A DNA stretch of 64,000 nucleotides from the human T2T-CHM13v2.0 reference genome, Homo sapiens: NCBI RefSeq assembly GCF_009914755.1, contig NC_060926.1. One strand, 5' to 3'. This document shows positions 42,958-58,140 of this stretch, piece after piece. Made by a program: the position numbers and the translations under genes. Numbering within the stretch: the stretch's first letter is position 1; every line of letters starts with the position of its first letter. The notes beneath the pieces are model-generated. The model saw only the letters and a list, made by a program, of their open reading frames with translations, had not been told where the DNA came from and did no database searches.

Positions 42958-44196
42958 CTGAAAGAAAAAACATCAAATTAACATTACTGAATATTTAAAT
43001 TTTAAATGAGACATTTTAATCATTAACTCATTTAATATATATCTGTTGAGATCTATTTGTTCTAGGTATTGTGCTAGGCACTAAGGGGCATTCAAGGGTT
43101 TTTTTTTAGTCTTGGTCCTTACTTAGTTGGAGTAATTTTACAAAGATGTTTAAATAAAGTTACTGTATTTATTCAATTGCTAATTACATAAAAACATCAA
43201 GGTTAACTTTTACTGCTGGTACTCATTTCTTACTATCACTGAAGTAATAGTCAATAAAGGCTTTGTTTCTTTGGGCTTAATGATTATTTCACTGAAAGAT
43301 CCCTAAAATTATTGAATTTTTCTTTTTCAGTCAAATTCACCAGATTAATCATTTTAATCACCGCAAAAGTTAAGTATTTCTATTATTTTCCCCCGTTACA
43401 TTTGGGGGATTCCAATGTACATGGTTTTACTAACATGAAGAAAGAAGGAACAGCAAGGTTCAGATCTCAGTCCTCACACATCCTGGACAATCAAAACCAG
43501 GAAATGAGAAACACTTCAATGGAAGAGAGTGTATCTAGGGAACCACAACGAACATGAGGTGAACATCTGCTCTTCAAGTCCATTTCCCCTCATGTTGCCT
43601 GAGTGCAGATGTAGGAGACAGTATAAATAGGAAGTGGAAAGAGATGGAAATACAAACACATGACGGACGTGGAGTTATCAGAGAAAGAAGAAGGGGCCAG
43701 TGTAGCTTCTGGCTACGCTGTGTGGCTTCTCATCAGTAAAGCATAGCTGGGGACTAATTTTTGCCAGTCAAAAGCTCTGCCTGCAAGACTATATAGCCAC
43801 GACTGCAGAAACATTTTTTGGTATAGAAAGGTATGGCCAGCCACATCACCTGGCTCTGCTGGAAACCAACATGAACCCATTAGGCAATCTGATCCAAAAA
43901 TTTTGATCTCCAAGGAAGCAAAAAAAAAAAAAAAATCCCTGGAAAGTTTATTGAGAAGACTAAACAAGTAGCTCAGGTAAAATGGTCATAGACATAAGAC
44001 ATTCAGCCTCCAATCTGCAACCTTTAAACTGCAATATCACACTTCATTTATAATGTGTTATCATAAACCACACAAATACTTTGAGAAAAAGGGTTACAGC
44101 AAGACTGCTAATAGTGGGCATAAGAACATAACATGGAAATTTTAAATCATGTGGAAATTGCTTGGCACCCCATAGAGTGTTCAAATATGTCTGCTT

Positions 44197-46435
44197 CAAG
44201 AGAAAGAAATAATGGGCATCCAAATTGGTAAGTCAAACTGTTGTTGTTTGCTGATGACATGATCGCACACCTAGAAAACCCTAAATACTCATCCAAAAAG
44301 CTCCTAGAACTGGTAAATGAATTCAGCAAAGTTTCCAAAGTTAATGTACACAAATCAGTAGCTCTGCTATACACCAACTGTGACCAAGCTGAGAATCAAG
44401 TCAAGAACTCAATCTCTTATACAAAAGCTGCAAAAAACAAACAAAAAACAAAAACAAAAACCAAAAAAACTTAGGAATACACATAACCAAGGAGGTGAAA
44501 GACCTCTGCAAGGAAAACTGCAAAACACTACTGAAAGAAATCATAGATGAAACAAACAAATGGAAACACATCCCATGCTCACGGATGCATAGCATCAATA
44601 TTGTGAAAATGACCATACTACCAAAAGTAATCTGCAAATTCAATGCAACTCCCATCAAAATACCACCATTATTCTTCACAGAACTAGAAAACACAATCCT
44701 AAAATTCATATGGAACCAAAAGAGAGCCTGCACAGCCATAGCAAGACTATGCAAAAAGAACAAATCTGAAGGCATTACATTACCCAGTTTCAAACTATAC
44801 TATAAGGCCATAGTTACCAAAACAGCATAGTACTGGTATCAAAATAAGGATATGGACCAGTGAAACAGAATAGAGAATCCAGAAATAAAGCCAAATACTT
44901 ACAGCCAACTGACCTTCAACAAAGCAAACAAAAACATTAAGTGGGGAAAGGATACCCTAATTCAACAAATGGTGCTGGGAAAATTGGCAAGCCACATGTA
45001 GAAGAACAAAAGTGGATCCTCGTTTCTCACCCTATACAAAAATCAACTCAAGATGGATCAAAGACTTAAATTTAAGACCTGAAATCATAAAAATTCTAGA
45101 AGATAACATTGGAAAACCCCTTCTAGATACTGGCTTAGGCAAAGACTTCATGACCAAGAACCCAAAAGCAAACGGAACAAAAGCAAAGATAAATAGATGG
45201 AACTTAATTAAATGAAAAAGTTTCTTCATAGCAAAAGAAATAATCAGCAAAGCAAACAGACAACCCACAGAATAGGAGAAATCTTCACAATCTATACATC
45301 CGACAAAGGACTAATATCCAGAATCTACAAGGAACTCAAACAAATCAGCAAGAACAAAACAAGCAATCCCATCAAAAAGTGGGCTAAGGACATGAATAAA
45401 CAATTTTTAAAAGATGATATACAAATAGTCAACAAACATGAAAAAATGTTCAACATCACTAATTATCAGGGAAATGCAAATCAAAACCCCAATATGTTAA
45501 CACCTCACTCCTACAAGAGTGGCCATAATTAAAAAATCAAAAAATAATAAATGGTGTGGATGTGGTGAAAGGGAATACTTTTACACTGTTGGTGGGAATG
45601 TAAACTAGTACAATCACTATGGAAAACCGTGTGGAGATTCCTTAAAGAACTAAAAGTAGATCTACCATTTGATCCAGTAATTCCACTCCTGGGTATCTAC
45701 CCAGAAGAAAAGAAGTCATTATATGAAAAAGACACTTGCACACGCATGTTTATAGCAGCACAATTCACAAATGCAAAGATATGGAACCAGCCCAAATGCC
45801 CATCAATCAACAAGTGGATAAAGAAAATGCGGTATATACATCTATATATCTATATATATAGATCTATAGATCTATAGATCTAATATAGATCTATATATCT
45901 CTATATATCTATGTCTATATATCTCTATATATCTATATCTATATATATATATATATATAATTGATATATATATATATCTATATAGATATAGATATATAGA
46001 GATAAATAGATAGACATATATATATACACACCATGGAATACAACTCAGCCATAAAACAGAATGAAATAATGGCATTTGCAGCAGTTCAGGTGAACTTACC
46101 CAGATGGAATTGGAGACCATTATTTTAAGTGAAGTAACTCAGGAATGGAAAACCAAACGTCATATGTTCTCACTTACAGGAGGGAGTTAAGCTATGAGGA
46201 CACAAAGGCATAAGAATGATACAATGGACTTTGGGGAGTGAGGGGAAAGGATGGACGGGGAGAGGAATAAAAGACTACCCACTGGGTACAGTGTACAATG
46301 CTCGGGTGATAGGTGCACCAAATTCTCAGAAATCACCACTAAAGAACTTATTCATGTAACCAAACACCACCTAAAAATCTATAGAAATAAATAAATAAAT
46401 TGAAAAACAAACAAATGAAAAATAAAATAAAATAA
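44197..46435 (+). mobile_element. 5'-truncated L1PB-type LINE-1 (disrupted ORF2 from RT to C-terminus, plus 3'UTR)
   Basis: ORF fragments [61 protein letters not shown] with stops and frameshifts; L1PB 3'UTR aaggcataagaatgatacaatggactttgggg. Confidence 0.93.
45833..46027. repeat. TA-rich compound microsatellite with inverted symmetry inside L1PB
   Basis: (TATATC)-like left half and (GATATA)-like right half. Confidence 0.9.
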
Positions 46436-46812
46436 AATGTGGTATGTACACACCATGTAATACTAAACAGCCATAAAAAAGAATGAAATTATGTCCTTTG
46501 CAAAAATATGGAGGCAGCTGGAGGCCATTATCCTCAACAAACTAACACAGGAACAGAAAACCAAATACCGTTATCTTCTCACTTATAAGTGGAGCTAAGT
46601 ATTGAGCACACAAGGATATAAATATGACACAATGTCTATTGTGGACTACTAGAAGGTGAGGAGAGGGGTGAGTTAAACTACCTATTAAGCACTATGCTCA
46701 CTGCCAGGGTGACAGGACCTGTACTCCAAACCTCAGCATCATGCAATATTCTCATGTAACAAATCTGCACATGTATCCCCATATCTAAAATAAAAGTTGA
46801 AAATTAAAAAAC
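46436..46812 (+). mobile_element. Second L1 3' end (L1PB/late L1PA-like)
   Basis: Repeats the ORF2 terminus cagccataaaaaagaatgaaat with a different 3'UTR (aaacctcagcatcatgcaata). Confidence 0.8.
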
Positions 46813-46819
46813 AATTGTG

Positions 46820-47546
<727 letters not shown>

Positions 47547-47602
47547 GAATGAATAACAGATTACATGAATAAATGAATAATGAATGAAATAATGCAGCAA
47601 AT

Positions 47603-48230
47603 AGAGTCATTTCTTATTATTCACAGTAATTATATGCTATGAAGTTACCTCGAACACTGAATTTAGCAGCAAATACTGAACCACTGCTCCTGGGGGCAAC
47701 ACAGGGTTAGGTTCCTGTGTGCCTCTGGTCACAACATTTTCATCAACCATTAAATACATAACCTTGTGTTATATGTGTATCTCTTTAAAGACACCTTATT
47801 TCGTATATACCGTTGATTCATTAACACTGAACTCACAGCAACAACACTGGAACTCATGCCTGTATGAAGCTTATCTAACACATGCATACTCTCCAAAAGA
47901 TGTATCACAGCCTTCTTGCTCTTAGGAACACTGTCTAGACAGCACTTTAGCACGAGGCTTGGGGACCATTTTAAATGGCAAAATCACTAAGAACAACAAC
48001 AATAAAATCCCACAAAAATGTAAAAAAGTGTGGCCCTGAAAAGACCATGAAAAGAGGACTTGTTTACAGCGTGAGAGCTGAAACAAGGCGGAGAACTGCC
48101 TTGCTTGGCCACAGCCGGGAACAGGCAGGTCATATGACTCAAATTTTTTACTTCTCTGTGATTATTTGCAAGTGACCACAATGCCTCTGCTAGGGTGTGT
48201 GTGTTGGGGGGGGGGGCAGTTAATTATATT
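47603..48230. mobile_element. MER82-like TcMar-Tigger DNA transposon
   Basis: aatactgaaccactgctcct...acagggttaggttcctg...ctctggtcacaacatttt. Confidence 0.7.
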
Positions 48231-48639
48231 GAAGTTTGTCTTAATAAGTAAACCATAATTAACTCAATTGTATTTTTAATACTAGAAAAAATTTGCCTGT
48301 AAGCATTCAAGTCATGTTATTATTTCCTTGATATTCTGCTGTTATTATAATTCAATCCTAAGGAGTATGACGTGGAGCGAGTTTCCAGTTTATAACAGGA
48401 CACCCATATTCTATGTGTGTCTCCACTTCCTTGTGGGGCTCCAAACCATAAGAGGTGGTGACCAGGTACCTCCTGATCCACTGTGAGGGGCTAGGAAGGG
48501 AGGGAGCACTCAATGAGACTGGGACCCTATCTAGTAAATAATTTAATCTTGTCTCAGAAGAGGTCTAGACCTTGCCTTCAAAGATAATTTTTGTTTGCCT
48601 GGGGCCAGCCAGAGAGTAACTTGGGGCTTTGGGTCACTG

Positions 48640-49230
48640 GTATCAGTTAAGGAACCACATGGACAGTCAATCAACCATGCTTATGCAATAAAGCCCCAAT
48701 GAAAGCTCTGAACACCGAGGCCGGGAGAGCTTCTCTGGTTGGAAATATCCCACGTGGATCATCACACATAAATGCAAGAAGAAGCCAGCGACATAACTGT
48801 AATCCCAGCTACTCTGGAGGCTGAGGCAGGAGGACTGCTTGAGCCCAGGAGTTCAAGATCAGCCTGGGCACCAAGGAAGGAAGGAAAGGGAGGGAAGGGA
48901 GGAAGTAAGGAAGGAAGGACAGGAGGAGAGAAGGAAGGGAGGGAGGGAGGGTGGGCATGTGTCCTGACTCCAAGGAGAGAGGACAATGGAAACTCTGTGT
49001 TTTGCATTTCTCCTGGACGCTGTCCTGTGCCTGTCTTCCCCTGGCTGATTTTAATATGTATCCTTTCCCGGCAATAACCATGAATGTAAGTAATGTTTAG
49101 TGAGTTCTGTTGAGTCCTTCTAGTGAATTTTAGTCCATGAAGGTGGTTGGGGAACTCCCCCACTCAATTTGCAGTTGGTGTCAAAAGTGAGGGAAGTCTT
49201 GGAGATTTTGTAGTTGGCCCTAACGCCTCA
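48640..49230 (+). mobile_element. MER21-family LTR interrupted by an Alu fragment (about 48780-48870) and a (GGAA)n tract (48874-48951)
   Basis: aatcaaccatgcttatgcaataaagcccc, gagcttctctggttgg, tttgcagttggtgtcaaaagtgaggg. Confidence 0.65.
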
Positions 49231-49384
49231 CAGACCCTGTGCAAAGCTGCACCTATGAGCCGTGAGGGCCTCCCGGAGATCATTCTGACTTTGGAGAAGG
49301 TGAGAAAGAAAGGCTAATTCTCAAAGTCCTTACTCTAAGAACTGTGTACTTAGTGCTAGGTGGCGCTTTCTTAGGGAACATCAA

Positions 49385-49565
49385 CCTTTACTTGCTCTGT
49401 GACTTTAGAAAATTTACTACCTCTCTGCATCTTAATCTATTTATTTATAAAATGGAATAACAATATCATCTAAAATGGGAATAGTAACAACATAGGTTTG
49501 TTGTTGAGAATTAAATTAGGTATCATCTATAAAGCACCTTGTACTTAGGAGACCTTCAGTAAATA
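49385..49565 (+). mobile_element. MIR fragment
   Basis: ctgtgacttt...ctctctg...tataaaatggaataaca...ttgttgagaattaaat. Confidence 0.6.
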
Positions 49566-51319
49566 AGAACCCTCTCCTGCCTTCACCAAAAGTTATTCTG
49601 AAAACACAATATTACCATATTAGCCTCAAGCCGCTGTTAATGATTTCAGCCATGTATTCCCTTCTTACTATCTTGGTCTTCCATGTACACCTGCTCTGTT
49701 ATAAAAGACATTATTCAAGATGCTACAGATCACAATCATGGCCAAATAAATTTAGTATTTGGCAAAAAAATAAGAAATATTAGGGGAAAAGTTTGAATTT
49801 CTTTTAATATTCTTTTAATATTTCTTTTAATATTAAAACAATTCTAATTAATGACATTTAAGAGCACTGTTTAGGTTTTAAATATATTTTCCTAGCAATC
49901 TATTTTTTGCTGGTAGAAGTCTAAACTGGCATAACCTCTCTGGAGAGCAATTAGCTATATATACCATAAGCTTAACTGTGTAACAGGTATCTATTAAGGC
50001 AGAGATTAGATGAGATGTTCTTTGAAGGAGAACACTTAAAAATTATTTTGGCCTTTCTTATGTTTATGGGTAGAGACCTTAGATCACTGGTGTGGATCCT
50101 TTTGCTGAGAGAAAAGCGGCTTGAATGTTCCTTTAGTTGACCAGTGGGTAGGTGCCACTGTCCTTAGGACTCAGGGGAGGAGGGGACACTGGGAGGGGAA
50201 AGTTGAATGGCTTAGGAAAAAGTGCCTCAATCTCTTGATATGCAGAATTAGTTGCTGAAGGCAGGAGGACCAATTTTCCAGGACGCTAAATCTTCCTGAA
50301 AAGGAAGAAACATTACCCCAATCTTTAATTCCTGAGATTCAAAATTAAAGAGTTCTGTCACAGAAGACACTCATAGCTCAAGCCAAGTCCCACTGGCAAG
50401 AAGAGGCAGAGACATTCCTGAAATAAAATGGCCTTGAAGAAGGAATAACTGAAACTGGTGATCTAAGGTCACACAAAAAGCTTCTGCGTTTATCAGGTAG
50501 GACAGATTCTGGCACAGCCTAAGGTGGATGCTGGAAGTGTCTCTGACCTCAGCCTCCCTGGTACACTAAATCCTTCAGTAAAAGAAAATGAACTTTTAAA
50601 AAACTGCAATCTTGACCTTCAACTGCGGTGACTGCTGTGACCTGGGCCATGGTCTGACCAGAAACAGGATCCTAGTGGCAGTTCAAGCAACTATTGCCAA
50701 ACAGTGCAGGGCTGGTCTTAAATGCTGAGAAAAAATGATGATGGGAAGGAAGAGCAATAGTGTAGTTGGTTCTTTTTCTGGCATTTGGAGGCAGATGGGA
50801 TGACTCTGGGACTGGGAAAGCCTCCTGGGGCTCAAACTTGGAGGCGGAGACTGTCTAAAAAGGAACATAATAAATTTCCTGCTGATTAATAGAAAAAAAC
50901 ATGAGAGTGTAACAGGTCATGCCAGTTCCTTCTGCATACCTTTAGACCCAGCAGTTCTATTTTTAGAAATTCATTGTAAACAATTAATTAAGGATGTTAG
51001 AAAAATATTAATACAGAAGAATATCACAATATTACTTTTAAAGACTAAAATACTGTACTCAACCTAAATGTCCAACAACTGAAAACCAGCTTAATCCATT
51101 ATGATTAAGTATGATTAAGTATTCCAGTTTGAAGATACCTGGACTACATGAAAAGGACTTTACCTTTTAATCTCTTAGAAAGTGTGTTCTCTGTTATCTT
51201 AAATATTTTAAATCTTATAAACCAGTGGCTGTCAATCTTTTGGGTCTCAGAAATCTGGATTCTAAAGAGCTTTTAATATTTATTGATATTAGCCACACTG
51301 GAAATTAAAACACAGCTGG

Positions 51320-52015
<696 letters not shown>

Positions 52016-52063
52016 GAAACTTGAATCATATTTTTTTGTTAATTCATTTAAAAATAATTAGCC

Positions 52064-52448
<385 letters not shown>

Positions 52449-52763
52449 TCAGAACAAAAAAATTGTTTTACATTCTGCAAATCTCTTTAATGTCTAGCCT
52501 AATACAAGACAGCTGGATTCTCATATCTACATCTGTTGTTATACCACATGCCATGTAGCTTCTAGAAGATTCAATTAGATACTAGCAAGAGAATGAGAGT
52601 GATGAAAATAATGTCTCAGTATTATTACAAAAATAGTCTTAACTTTGTAAAATCTCCCTCAGGAGTCCCTGGACCATGCTTTGAGAATGAGTATTTTAAA
52701 CCGTAATTTCCTTGGCATATCTAGGATATGGGATAGAGTGGGGTTAATAAACATTTCATCGAG

Positions 52764-53079
<316 letters not shown>

Positions 53080-53373
53080 CTAATAGAAGAAATACAAAAA
53101 TTAGGAAGAGAAAAGAGAGAAAATTGTGTGTTCTTTTGGCAGAGAACAGCAGCTTGTTCAAAGTTATCCAGGGCTAATACTCCGAAAATGTTTGTGATTG
53201 CCTTCAGCTGAAGGTCTCAAGCGCTCACAACACCTCTTTTTGATTCTGTCAGAAAATCCGCCCAGACCCAGCTTATGAACCTGTCAAACTCCATCAGCAG
53301 AATATGACTGAGAATGAGAAGCAGATAACCTATGACTTAAGAATAGCTGCTTAAAATATCTTTATCATGGTAT

Positions 53374-53696
<323 letters not shown>

Positions 53697-53869
53697 TATA
53701 TCCTTATCATGATATGTACGACTATTTAAATTAAGTATATACCCATAAAATCTATTAAAAGGTTTTCTCCATTGCCATGAAGTGTCAGTAATACTTTTCA
53801 TACCTAATATAAAAGATAATTTTATAAAAATATCAGTTATGCTGGCACACAGAAATGTTAAAATAATCA

Positions 53870-54345
53870 GAAAGTTTCATTCATTCAGTAATTACACATG
53901 AAACACCTTCTATGGGTGAGGGTGTCAGTTACGAGGCGGGTCCAGATATAGTTTGTGCCTTCAATGGCAGTAACAAAAATATGATGGATATTATTCACAA
54001 ACAAGGCAATAAAGTAAGAGTAATAGAAGTTTTACAAACATTGTCTTGTCTAAATGCCTGGCAAGAATAGGTCTATAGTAAGTATTTGCTGAACTGATGA
54101 ACGAATGGAAGGAAAGAAGGAATCACTTTTGGCCAGAGAGTCAAGAAACACATACCAGAAGAGGTATTATCCGACAAGACTCTTAAAGGATAGATGGTTT
54201 TTAAAATAAAGGGGCTGCGAATAACAGGCAGAAGGACACTAAACAGAGGAGAGAACACAGTGAAAAAGAGGGCAGAAACAAGAAAGTTCAGTACATGTTT
54301 GAGGAACTGCAAACAATGCAGAGTGGCTGAAATAAAGATATACTG
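53870..54345. mobile_element. L2 fragments
   Basis: gtaagtatttgctgaactgatgaacgaatg and catgtttgaggaactgcaa...gagtggctgaa. Confidence 0.55.
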
Positions 54346-57300
54346 AGGAAAGTTTGTGACTCAGGCCCTGGAGGGAACCTGGGCTGAGTTGTCAGGAGCC
54401 ATCCACAAATAACGCACTATGAGTTCTTCTCTGGTTTGTATGTTCTTTCAATTAAATACTCAGCTATTTGAGGACAGAAGAATGCTGTAGTCAGGTCCAG
54501 CTCACTTCTCAAGAGTCGGAGAAAGCAAACCAGGCAACAGGAAAGCCAAAGACAGAAGACAACAAGCACAACTCATGGAGCCGACTCACAAGAGCACAAA
54601 GTAAGGAACTGAAAATTGCAGGTGGCAGCAAGGCCTGGGAAAGGGGAGAGAAGCTTCATGTCTAAGCTAGGTTCTGTGTGAGACATTCTCCTCGAGACTT
54701 GATGTAAAAACATAAACAAATCCATGAAAATGAAAGAAAAAGATGAGATCAAAATAAGCCTAAGTTAATTCGTATGTACAGTACAACCTTGTCAGAGAAT
54801 TTTTTCATTTTTTTATAAATGAAAGAAAAGATATTCCTGTGTATATGTATGTGCATGTGTACACAGCAGGGAGAGAGAGGATGAAAGAACTAGAAAGACA
54901 CACACTAGAAGGGTTAACAGTAGTGATCTCCAGATCAGCCTTTCTCCTCCTCTAAAGCAAGCCTGGATAATGTTTCAAGTGACTGTTTTCTTAGTTCTCC
55001 CAAGTATGGGAGATAACAAACTCTTTCTGGAAGCACAGGAGAGAAGTTACCTTATTACATGTAATGGATGTCCTATGGTCTTGGAGTATTATTCTCTCCT
55101 AGAACCAGGAGGAGAAAGGCCTCTCTATTATACAACGAATACATTACATTTGTGCTAACAGAGAACTATTAAAAACAAAAAAGTGTAAGTAAACTATCTG
55201 TAAGATGAAGAAAACATGGAAACTGAATCAGACAGAGAAAAGTCCTCTTTAACAAACTCCACAGGAGGCTCTAATTGTTTTAGGTGGGCTCTTGAACTGC
55301 ATGTACTACCAGAGAAATCCCAGTCCAAGAGGCTTAAAAATCAGCTATAGCTTTGTGGCAAACTTACGCATAATAAAGCACCACATTCTTCTAAAGTCTT
55401 TGAATTCCCCCTCAGAATCCCTGTGGAGGTCTTCATTTACCTCTTCTGCCGGTTCTAATTGAATTTGCTGAATGTCAAGCATTTGTTATAGGAAATGAAA
55501 AACAGTTTCTTAATTAAATTTTCTTTCATTCTTGGTTAACTGCTAGAATTGCAAGTCAAGAAAACCTTATCTAAACATATTTTTATATATTCTATCATGT
55601 TTATGAAAAGCGATTCCAATTTTTCTTGCTTTTTTAAACTCAAAGGTATAGATTTTAAACAAGATTTAGTGTTAAACTCATTGTTGCCATAATCTTTTGT
55701 GCTGCTTTTTCTCTAAATATTAGTATTGTCAGGACATTCACTTTTCTTTAAATAACAAAAATTTCAAGATATCTGAGCCTTTAGGCAATGATTTTTAAAA
55801 TCCCTAGTTAAATCCATCTTTGATATAATTTATAACATTATAGTTACTTAGGAGATACTCAAAAGTATTCATTTACTGACTGATAGGATTAAATTTACTT
55901 ACAAATACCTTAATGTCCTGATTTTTTGGATTAATTTATAACATTTTATGACTAAATACATCTTCATGTTCTCTCCAATTAGATCCTATTTACATCCGCT
56001 ATATCTATAGAAGTTGTTAAAAATGACCTCTGAAAACAAAAATTATTTCTTTCTTTTTATTATATATTCTTTTTGTATCATTATATAATCTATATCTTAT
56101 GCATTCTTTGGTTTAGAATAATATTCCTCTGGTGAAGTTTAAACCTGCTTAACGTTTTACAAGTTAAACAGTTCATTCTAGAACAGACTAGAATGTTAAA
56201 TTTAAGCTGTTTATTTTTTTAGGGCCAAACCAAAGGCTGTTACAACTTTTAAACAATATAATGAATTCTCAAAAAGGACTATATTGCATTTTAAATGTTT
56301 AGACAAATGACCTATGAACACTCAAAAATTGTGATTTAGGTTTTAAAGCATATTAGTTTCAGATTGCCTTTGGTTTGAAAATTAACAATTTTGAATTGTA
56401 TAAACAGAATGACATTTATTAGCAAGAAAAAAGACCATTTCTTCCCTTCAAATGAAGAGTCGCCTTTCAACCAACTGGTGAGATTTCCTGTACTGCTTTA
56501 ATCCAAAAATGTACGGCAATAATAATTAATCCCCACCTGTTGCTGTTCTGTTTCGGTTCAATATTTAGACACACCAAAATAATGACATGCTTAAACTCTT
56601 ATTTGACTATAAAGTGATTTTTGAAACAAGGGCATAAACAGTAAACACCAAACAAACAACTACTATAGTTAATATGTGAAAGAGTCACAAAGAAAACATC
56701 CAAGCTCTTTAATGAAGTTTCTTGGAAAACAAAAATTCACAGTGAAAATGGCTCCTAATAACATACACGATTCTAAACTAATGAGAAACAAAAATGAGCC
56801 TTGCTAGGTTTCTAGGTATCTCACATCCTGACTAAACTTCTTTCCTAGAAGATGCTTCAAAATGTGGAAAGAAGGCATTACAACTAAGATAATTAAAATT
56901 CACTCTGCAAAGTCATGGCCAAATCAGGTCAGTTAAATTCACCCTTAGAAGCAACGAAGTCATTTAAAATTGTTCCAAGTTGAAAACTGATGTGTCATGA
57001 TTCAACTCTGATGGAAATAAACTATTTTTAAAACAAAAGACAATTATTTTTAATTCTTCAGAGAATAGTGACCCAGAACCGTTAATACTCAGGAAGAAAA
57101 AAAAAAACAAACACTTCTGAAACTGTGCAACTACAGTGCTCACATTAACTTCATCAAAGATCACAGAAAAAAATATTTTGTAAATGCAGTGCTCAATTCC
57201 TGACCACGGACCCACAGCCTGGGCAAACAAAGCCTCTTAAATGAAACGTGAAGCAAATTTGGAAACCTCTCCTATTTAAAACTAAAGCTTGGTCTTTAAT

Positions 57301-57822
57301 AAAAGACCTAAGCAGTTTCCTGTAACCAGCTTGGCAGACCTAGCAAACAGATTACACAAAGTCCTTCTGCTTACTCAAATCTTTCACTATACTCCTGAAA
57401 ACAAAAAGCTATACACAGGAAATGGGTCATTTAACTCAATCCAAAGGTAAAAGAGTGTCATTCTCCAACCTACTAATTCTTCTAGACAAGTCAAATCTGA
57501 GGTGAGAAGAAGAGAACTTCTGATAATGTTTCTCCTGACATGTCGGCATATTTACAGAAAGTCCTCAGACAGGCCTGTTTACCTACAGGATTTCCAAAAG
57601 GGAACTTCAAGATGATGTTTAATTCCTGTCAGTCCTCTCAATGATATCTCAGCATTCCCAACTGGTTCCCATTTGGATTTTGTTGGGTACATTTCAAAAA
57701 CTCATCATTAATAATATAATACATTCCCTGAAACCATCTGCCCCAGAAAATAGAATGCGCAAAACTCGATAACGACAATAAAGTAGATCCTTCTACTTCT
57801 CTGCATCTCACGTCTAAAATGC

Positions 57823-58140
57823 GGCTGGGTGCGGGGACTCACACCTGTAATCCCAGCACTTTGGGAGGCTGAGGCAGCGGATCACTTGAGCTCAGGAGTT
57901 CAAGACCAGCCTGGGCAATGTGGAGAAACCCCGTCTCTACAAAAAATACAAAAATTAATCAGGTGTAGTGGCATGCATCTGTAGTCCCAGCTACTGGGGT
58001 AGGAGGCAGGAGTGGCATGCAGGGAGGATTGCTCGAGCCAGGAAGGTCGAGACTGCAGGGAGCCGAGACGACATCATTGCACTCTAGCCTGGGCAACAGA
58101 GTGAGATCCTGTCTCAAAAATTAAATTAAATTAAATTAAA
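57823..58140 (+). mobile_element. AluJb-like
   Basis: Dimeric Alu with (TTAAA)n tail; TSD aaaatgc. Confidence 0.88.

Noticed and set aside
44241-45877. L1 ORF2 fragments as a functional reverse transcriptase
   Set aside because: 5'-truncated, with multiple stops and frameshifts, and no promoter, ORF1 or endonuclease domain.
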